DNA of 64,000 nt. Origin: Escherichia coli (lineage in GTDB: Bacteria; Pseudomonadota; Gammaproteobacteria; Enterobacterales; Enterobacteriaceae). Of this stretch, positions 9,985 through 15,354 are shown one piece after another. The DNA lies in NCBI RefSeq assembly GCF_003790525.1, contig NZ_CP033635.1, one strand, 5' to 3'. A program made the translations under genes and the position numbers. The notes beneath the pieces are model-generated. The model was not told where the DNA came from, searched no databases, and was given only the letters and a program-made list of their open reading frames with translations. Numbering within the stretch: position 1 is the first letter of the stretch; every line of letters begins with the position of its first letter.

Positions 9985-12459
9985 ATGAGACAGGAATGTA
10001 TACAAGCGGTCCAGCAGGCGGCGCAGCGCACGTTAACGGCGCGAGAAATACAGAACATTGAAGACCGCATTTATCGAAATATGCGCTCCATTGCTCGTGA
10101 TGACCCGATGTCGTGGCGACAACTTTCCGAATCAGAACGGTTGTATCGTGCAGCACAATTGGCATCTGAAGAATTACAGCGAGAAGCGGCATTAAAGAAA
10201 CGTCGTGTGGCCCTCACTATAGCCGCACGTCAGAGATTGGATAAATTTATCAATAGCTATCAAGGGGCTGATGGGAAACTTGGCGCTCTTAACCGTACTA
10301 TTGCTTTTAATGCAGACGGTAAATCGAATTTCCTCTCTGTTGAATCCAGAACAAAAGCCACCCGTGATTATGCATTGAGTCAATTGCAGGAGGCATTCGA
10401 AGCAGTTGATCCTCGCTTTTTTGGTCTGTTTGAAGATGAAGCGGGCGTACGTGACCTGGTATATGAAATGCGGGGGCAAAATACTGGCAATGCTAAAGCA
10501 AGAAAAGGTGCTAAGGCGTGGAGAGAAGTTACAGAGCTGCTGCGCCGCCGGTTTAATGATGCTGGTGGGGACATTGGCTATCTCGAAAACTGGGGGATCC
10601 CTCAACATCATTCTATGGAAAAGGTTGGGGCGGTATCAAAGGATAAGTGGGTTAGCGATGTTATAGGTAAGCTGGATCGCAAATATTATACCCGAGCCGA
10701 TGGACAACTGATGAACGATGCCGAGTTGTCTGAATTTCTTGGAGAGGCTTATAACACGATCGCTACTGGTGGGCTGAATAAGCTTACTGATACCGGAATG
10801 CGAATTTCCGGCGCACGTGCTAACCGTGGTAATGCATCACGACAGATACATTTCAAAGATGCAGATTCCTATCTGCAATATCAGCAACTTTATGGCGATC
10901 GCTCTCTATGGGAAATCATGGTCGGTCACCTGGAAGGTATCAGTAAAGATATTGCGCTGGTGGAAACATATGGCCCAAACCCCGATCATGTTTTCCGCTC
11001 CCTTCTTGATCAGGTTAAGGCAGAAACGGCAACAGCTAACCCGAGTAAAACCGGTAGCGTCGAGCGTCTGGCGAACAAAACAGAGAACTTGTACAACTTT
11101 ATTTCCGGAAAAACACAGCCTGTAGCGAATCCGCACATCGCGCGATGGTCTGACAATATCCGCAACTGGCTGGTTGCCAGCAGACTCGGATCCGCGTTGC
11201 TGTCATCGTTCTCTGATCTTGGAACCATGTATCTGTCTGCGAAGGTTACCAACCTTCCAATGAACCAGTTATTTCGCAACCAGCTTGAAGCTATGGACCC
11301 AACGAACCGTACAGAACTTGCGCGGGCGCGCCGCGCTGGCCTGGCGATGGAATCTCTACTTGGCAGCGTTAACCGCTGGGCGATGGATAATATGGGGCCG
11401 TCTGTGTCTCGTTGGGCGGCAACGGCGGTAATGCGTGCCAGTGGGCTTACAGCATGGTCAGATGCGCACAAGCGCGCCTATGGCGTAACCATGATGGGAA
11501 GCCTGGGAGAAGTAGTGTCACGGACACCAGACCTTCGTAGCCTCGATGACTCTGATTTTCGTATCCTGAAAAGCAAAGGGATTACTGACACAGACTGGAG
11601 CGTATGGAAGCTGGCGCAACAGGAGGACTGGGGGAACGGTAATAATACGATGCTGACACCGGAAAGCATTATGCGTATCCCTGATTCAGCAGTTAAACAT
11701 CTTGGTGAGCCTGAACGCGTGAAATTTGAGGCAATGCGTAAACTGCTCGGTGCCGTAACTGAAGAAGTTGATATGGCTGTTATTACACCGGGCGCACGTG
11801 AACAGATGTTCGTAGGGTCTGGTCTTCAGCGTGGAACATGGAAAGGTGAATTAACGAGAAGTGTTTTCCTGTTTAAATCGTTCCCTATCTCGGTAGTTAT
11901 GCGTCACTGGCATAGAGCTATGGGGATGCCGTCTGCTGGTGGGCGTGCGGCATATATAGCAACGTTTTTAGCAAGCACAACCATGCTTGGTGCTCTTTCC
12001 ATGCAGATTACTGATCTTATTAATGGGAGAAATCCAAAAGAAATGACCGGTGACAACATGGTTAAATTCTGGATAAATGCATTTTTAAAAGGTGGTGGGG
12101 CAGGGTTGTATGGTGATTTTCTTTTCTCTGACCACACCAGGTACGGGAGCGGCGCACTAGCGTCGATGCTTGGCCCGGTAGCTGGTCTGGTTGATGACGT
12201 AGTGAAGATTGCTCAGGGCATACCGTTAAATGCTGTGGAAGGGAAGAATGAGCAGACTGGTGGTGATCTGGTTAAGCTTGGGAAAGGTTTGATGCCTGGT
12301 GCGAATCTCTGGTACTTGAAGGCGGCTCTCGATCACATGATCTTTAATCAGATGCAGGAGTATTTTTCACCAGGCTATTTGCGTAAAATGGAGCAACGTT
12401 CGAAGAAAGAGTTTAACCAGACATACTGGTGGCGACCTCAGGATGTCACTCCGCAATAA
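9985..12459 (+). CDS. Internal virion / ejection protein (gp16-like position), 824 aa
   Basis: Last large gene of the structural operon; AGAGG RBS upstream. Confidence 0.5.
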   Translation: MRQECIQAVQQAAQRTLTAREIQNIEDRIYRNMRSIARDDPMSWRQLSESERLYRAAQLASEELQREAALKKRRVALTIAARQRLDKFINSYQGADGKLGALNRTIAFNADGKSNFLSVESRTKATRDYALSQLQEAFEAVDPRFFGLFEDEAGVRDLVYEMRGQNTGNAKARKGAKAWREVTELLRRRFNDAGGDIGYLENWGIPQHHSMEKVGAVSKDKWVSDVIGKLDRKYYTRADGQLMNDAELSEFLGEAYNTIATGGLNKLTDTGMRISGARANRGNASRQIHFKDADSYLQYQQLYGDRSLWEIMVGHLEGISKDIALVETYGPNPDHVFRSLLDQVKAETATANPSKTGSVERLANKTENLYNFISGKTQPVANPHIARWSDNIRNWLVASRLGSALLSSFSDLGTMYLSAKVTNLPMNQLFRNQLEAMDPTNRTELARARRAGLAMESLLGSVNRWAMDNMGPSVSRWAATAVMRASGLTAWSDAHKRAYGVTMMGSLGEVVSRTPDLRSLDDSDFRILKSKGITDTDWSVWKLAQQEDWGNGNNTMLTPESIMRIPDSAVKHLGEPERVKFEAMRKLLGAVTEEVDMAVITPGAREQMFVGSGLQRGTWKGELTRSVFLFKSFPISVVMRHWHRAMGMPSAGGRAAYIATFLASTTMLGALSMQITDLINGRNPKEMTGDNMVKFWINAFLKGGGAGLYGDFLFSDHTRYGSGALASMLGPVAGLVDDVVKIAQGIPLNAVEGKNEQTGGDLVKLGKGLMPGANLWYLKAALDHMIFNQMQEYFSPGYLRKMEQRSKKEFNQTYWWRPQDVTPQ

Positions 12460-12468
12460 GGAACAACA

Positions 12469-12882
12469 ATGAAGGAATTATTGCTGTTATCGGTATTTTT
12501 GATATCCGCTTGCTCGACATCCTATGATGTTTATGACGGTGTTGATAAGGCATATTGCGACAAAGTTAAAATGGATTTTTCTCTTGCCAAGACGGCGAAG
12601 GATAGTTGTATTGATCACTACGTCAAGACTTATACCAAGCCAGCCTCATCGGCATCTGATATTGCTGAAGGTGCTGTGTTTGAGTGTAACAAGGTGATAT
12701 CCATCGCAGCGAGTTCTTCATACGATGCTGCTGTATGTGCAATGGCTGAAAGAAACGGCATGTCAGTGCAAAAAATTAATAGCATGATAAGCAGTAATGA
12801 CGAAGCCAAAATAAGAACTGATATCAGCTCGGTGAAAAAAGATGCCATGAACAGAGTTGTAAAATATCAGTCATCTTTATAA
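12469..12882 (+). CDS. Prophage lipoprotein (signal peptide with lipobox L-I-S-A-C), 137 aa, AT-rich gene
   Basis: N-terminus MKELLLLSVFLISAC read directly; AAGGA RBS; sits at the start of the accessory island. Confidence 0.65.
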   Translation: MKELLLLSVFLISACSTSYDVYDGVDKAYCDKVKMDFSLAKTAKDSCIDHYVKTYTKPASSASDIAEGAVFECNKVISIAASSSYDAAVCAMAERNGMSVQKINSMISSNDEAKIRTDISSVKKDAMNRVVKYQSSL

Positions 12883-12897
12883 GTCGTGACATGTCAC

Positions 12898-12922
12898 AGG
12901 CCGCTTTCGCGGCCTTGTTTTT
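12898..12922 (+). terminator. Intrinsic terminator of the structural operon / lipoprotein gene
   Basis: AGGCCGC-TTTC-GCGGCCT hairpin followed by TGTTTTT. Confidence 0.6.
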
Positions 12923-13082
12923 AACGAATGCCACCGCCACCCGGGCGGGAATCCGCAGAACGCCCACCGCAGCGGGAGCCGTCAGCAGCAGTGTCGCTGT
13001 CGTGCTGACAACGACCGGCAAAGGCCTGAGTTGAAGCTACCAGAGACAACAAAACGAACAGTGCAGCAAATGCTTTTTTCAT
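12921..13082 (-). CDS. Candidate small secreted peptide (53 aa, Sec signal MKKAFAALFVLLSLVASTQAFA, two Cys)
   Basis: Internal ATG of the 77-aa ORF; convincing signal peptide but weak RBS; possible TTGACG / TATAGA promoter just upstream. Confidence 0.3.
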   Translation of the reverse strand: MKKAFAALFVLLSLVASTQAFAGRCQHDSDTAADGSRCGGRSADSRPGGGGIR

Positions 13083-13154
13083 TGTGAAATTTCCATCTAT
13101 AAGCCACCTCAATGTGGCGTCAATGAGTGTAGCACTGACTTTTGTTTCGCCCAC

Positions 13155-13176
13155 AAAAAAGCCCGCAGCGCGGGCT
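13155..13176 (-). terminator. Intrinsic terminator of the cargo operon
   Basis: AGCCCGC-GCU-GCGGGCU hairpin followed by six U on the - strand; overlaps the stop codon at 13175. Confidence 0.6.
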
Positions 13177-13615
13177 ATTCTTCTTCATCATTAAAAAGCG
13201 GATTGTTGTTTCCATCTGATGAAAGGAAAGGTATGTGTTCTCTTGAAAATCCAACAATGACAATTTCATTATCATTTTTTGCATAATGAATGCATTCATT
13301 AGAATGCCTTCCGCCAGGGTTGAAATTTAAGTTAATGGTATAATTCTTAAATGTGTTTGGATACCATGTTGGCCCACAATGATAATGCCAATAATTCTCT
13401 TGCTCATAATTGTCTGAGCCGGGAATTTTATCATGGTTATCATCAACCCACGAGGGCTTGTTTTTTCCAACAAGCGCCCTTCCATTGGCAACATCCTCTA
13501 AAAAACTTTGTATGATTTTTATTTCATCATCAGTAAGGAAAGGTCCGTCTACAGCGAAAGGGGTGTTGCTTTCCCCATGTAGAAAACTATTAGATATTCT
13601 AATGTTAAACTTCAA
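13175..13615 (-). CDS. Hypothetical cargo protein, about 146 aa, low GC, Asn-rich, no recognised domain
   Basis: Probable TTG start at 13615 with AGGAG RBS 6 nt upstream, 20 nt after the stop of the 55-aa ORF; ORF track shows a longer frame from 13756 that overlaps the upstream gene. Confidence 0.5.
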   Translation of the reverse strand: MKFNIRISNSFLHGESNTPFAVDGPFLTDDEIKIIQSFLEDVANGRALVGKNKPSWVDDNHDKIPGSDNYEQENYWHYHCGPTWYPNTFKNYTINLNFNPGGRHSNECIHYAKNDNEIVIVGFSREHIPFLSSDGNNNPLFNDEEE

Positions 13616-13635
13616 GGAAAACTCCTGATGTGCTT

Positions 13636-13803
13636 CTATTTGGAGCGAAATGCCGCCTTGAAGTCGCTGAAAGATGTTCCTGTCTGGTAAACCATATCCT
13701 TGTCGCGCTCTTTGCTTGCGCGGCCAAGCATAACTTTTCCAATGACATCCCAGCATTGCTTGGCTTGTTCATTGTGCTGAGTACGATTTTTCAACGCTGT
13801 CAT
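13636..13803 (-). CDS. Small protein (55 aa), first gene of the cargo operon; possible regulator or antitoxin-like partner
   Basis: ATG with AGGAGG RBS 6 nt upstream, placed immediately downstream of promoter P_A; translated by hand. Confidence 0.5.
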   Translation of the reverse strand: MTALKNRTQHNEQAKQCWDVIGKVMLGRASKERDKDMVYQTGTSFSDFKAAFRSK

Positions 13804-13815
13804 ATCGCGCCTCCT

Positions 13816-13858
13816 TTACCTTTAAGGTAATAGTACGCTATTCACCCACAGTCTGCAA
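13816..13858 (-). promoter_or_regulatory. Promoter P_A (-35 TTGCAG at 13853-13858, 17-bp spacer, -10 TACTAT at 13830-13835) with operator copy A (TTACC-TTTAA-GGTAA, 13816..13830)
   Basis: Hexamers and the 15-bp palindrome read directly; the operator abuts the -10 and the RBS. Confidence 0.55.
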
Positions 13859-13867
13859 TCTGTACAG

Positions 13868-13894
13868 AATTATTTAAAGGCACATCCCTGTGCC
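13868..13894 (-). terminator. Terminator-like hairpin after the antirepressor-like gene (GGCACA-GGGA-TGTGCC then TTTAAATAATT)
   Basis: Hairpin read directly; T-rich but interrupted tail. Confidence 0.45.
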
Positions 13895-13902
13895 GCCGCC
13901 CG

Positions 13903-14589
13903 TCAGAAGAACCCAGCCTTGTCGTTGATGTACTCCGCGTGGGTCTGGATATCACGCAGGCATTTGCTCACACCAACAATGTAGCAGAACATGGTGGTCA
14001 GCTCCGCCGCCGCGCCCGATACGTCGTGCCCGTCTTCCTGTAACTGGTTCAGCAGATTCATCAGCAGTGAGTTCTCCGTCAGGCCGAGAACACCAGACGG
14101 AGAATGAATCAGGCTGCGGTAGCCGGGCTTCAGTGGGGCACTGTAGGTTTTGTTCTCTATCTTCATTGCCTGCATCACTGCTGATGCTGTGGCGTTGGCT
14201 ACCTGGTCGGCAACTATCTTTATGCGTTCTTCCTGCGGGAGCGAGTTTTTAATGTAACTTCCGGTGCGGCGGATCTGAGGAAGAACCTCACCTGTAACCC
14301 ATTTACGAAAGCGGTAGGGGATAGTGCCTGGTGTCACTGCGTCGCGGCAGCGGAGGATCAGTGTGTAGAGGCCTGACTCGTTGATAATATTGGTTTCACC
14401 TTGACGGCCTAAGTTAAATTTAGCCCTTTCATCATCATCAAGAGATTTTATTGACATAGTGGGGTTTGTCAGTTGAAGAGCTTTAATAACGTCTTTGGCA
14501 ACAAACCAAGGATTTCCATCAATAACAATGGCTCGAATGGTGGCTTCTGATTCAAAATGAAAAACAGATGGGGTTACGTTAGCAGTCAT
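13903..14589 (-). CDS. Antirepressor-like protein with N-terminal BRO-N / AntA-type domain, 228 aa
   Basis: Motifs FHFE...IR..IDG.PWFVAKDV and ESGLY.LI read in the translation (BRO-N family, from memory); start set at ATG 14589 with AAGGTGA RBS rather than ORF-track 14742, which has no RBS and a Gly/Cys-rich non-protein-like extension. Confidence 0.8.
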   Translation of the reverse strand: MTANVTPSVFHFESEATIRAIVIDGNPWFVAKDVIKALQLTNPTMSIKSLDDDERAKFNLGRQGETNIINESGLYTLILRCRDAVTPGTIPYRFRKWVTGEVLPQIRRTGSYIKNSLPQEERIKIVADQVANATASAVMQAMKIENKTYSAPLKPGYRSLIHSPSGVLGLTENSLLMNLLNQLQEDGHDVSGAAAELTTMFCYIVGVSKCLRDIQTHAEYINDKAGFF

Positions 14590-14742
14590 AGTGATCACCT
14601 TTGTAGTTAGGTTAATCACCACTACCGACGCCAATCGGTTGGTGGTGAACTGTGCAGGGTTGGCGTAACCGGCTACAAAGGACCCGGCGCACCTTTCGGT
14701 GCCCCCACACAGCCCACCATAGAATAGGTGCGCTTTACACAT

Positions 14743-14761
14743 AAAAAAACCGCTTATGCGG
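14743..14761 (-). terminator. Short intrinsic terminator or attenuator in the leader of the antirepressor-like gene (CCGC-AUAA-GCGG followed by seven U)
   Basis: Read on the - strand; stem is only 4-5 bp, so call is tentative. Confidence 0.4.
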
Positions 14762-14855
14762 CATATGTGCCTCTGTAGTAACCCGGGACGCCAATCCCGG
14801 CACTGGATTTTGCCAGTGCCCGATTACTATGGCACAAGAGGAGTGCGATGTAAAT

Positions 14856-14898
14856 TTACCGAAAAGGTAATAATAAACACTCTACTTGGTAATTGCAA
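14856..14898 (-). promoter_or_regulatory. Promoter P_B (-35 TTGCAA at 14893-14898, 17-bp spacer, -10 TATTAT at 14870-14875) with operator copy B (TTACC-GAAAA-GGTAA, 14856..14870)
   Basis: Near-consensus sigma70 hexamers with exact 17-bp spacing; palindrome overlaps the -10 and start site. Confidence 0.6.
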
Positions 14899-14901
14899 AC
14901 C

Positions 14902-15159
14902 TTATCTGGTTTGTTTTCGTAATTGTTCGGCACAATAGTCGAGATGTGTTTGCAGATCCCGCATAGACATCTGTGAGCTGGTGACGTAGTTAATCAGTGC
15001 AGTCAGTTCGGCAAGTGGGCCATCGACATTAAATCCATCCTTATCGAGATCCCGGAGTAATTTCATCAAGTGCGATCCCTCCACCAGTGACCTGACGCCT
15101 CCCGGCGTGTGAATCCTTTCGGTAAATCCGTCTTCCAGTGGATAGTGATACTGCTGCAT
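14902..15159 (-). CDS. Small protein (85 aa) paralogous to the C-terminal domain of the adjacent antirepressor-like protein; candidate SOS-controlled small antirepressor
   Basis: By-eye alignment with the last ~70 aa of the 228-aa protein shows about 40 percent identity; ATG 15159 with GGAG RBS; LexA box directly upstream. Confidence 0.6.
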   Translation of the reverse strand: MQQYHYPLEDGFTERIHTPGGVRSLVEGSHLMKLLRDLDKDGFNVDGPLAELTALINYVTSSQMSMRDLQTHLDYCAEQLRKQTR

Positions 15160-15178
15160 CTTATCTTCTCCATGCAAT

Positions 15179-15198
15179 AACTGTATATTTATACAGTA
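15179..15198. promoter_or_regulatory. LexA (SOS) box AACTGTATATTTATACAGTA
   Basis: 18 of 20 positions match the consensus TACTGTATATATATACAGTA including both CTGT and ACAG arms; located immediately upstream of the 85-aa gene. Confidence 0.65.
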
Positions 15199-15235
15199 TC
15201 AAATAATTTGTTTGCTATCCAGCACGTTTTGCAAA

Positions 15236-15250
15236 TTACCCGAAAGGTAA
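15236..15250. promoter_or_regulatory. Operator copy C (TTACC-CGAAA-GGTAA) in the divergent region between the 85-aa gene and the tailspike gene, next to a TTGCAA hexamer (15229-15234)
   Basis: Third copy of the 15-bp palindrome; promoter partner hexamers not clearly assignable. Confidence 0.45.
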
Positions 15251-15354
15251 TATCTATTCGTATTTACAGTCTTTCTATCCATATGTGGTTTTTCAGGTAA
15301 TAGAATAACCAGATATGCGGCGCAACGGGTGCTGCGACTATCTGGAGATTTAAC

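Noticed and set aside
13616-13756. Longer 193-aa version of the cargo protein starting at 13756
   Set aside because: It would overlap most of the 55-aa ORF in another frame; TTG 13615 with AGGAG RBS gives a non-overlapping gene. Start remains uncertain.
13410-13830. + strand ORFs 13410..13628 and 13630..13830 across the cargo operon
   Set aside because: The promoter, RBS and terminator architecture all point to - strand transcription; the + strand ORFs lack RBS and overlap the better-supported - strand genes.
14590-14742. ORF-track N-terminal extension of the antirepressor-like gene (start at 14742)
   Set aside because: ATG 14742 sits directly against a U-tract with no RBS, the encoded extension is Gly/Cys-rich and not protein-like, and the region is rich in RNA hairpins; ATG 14589 has an AAGGTGA RBS.
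15229-15306. Promoter for the tailspike gene (TTGCAA at 15229-15234, TAGAAT at 15301-15306)
   Set aside because: No pair of hexamers with acceptable spacing could be assigned; left uncalled rather than guessed.
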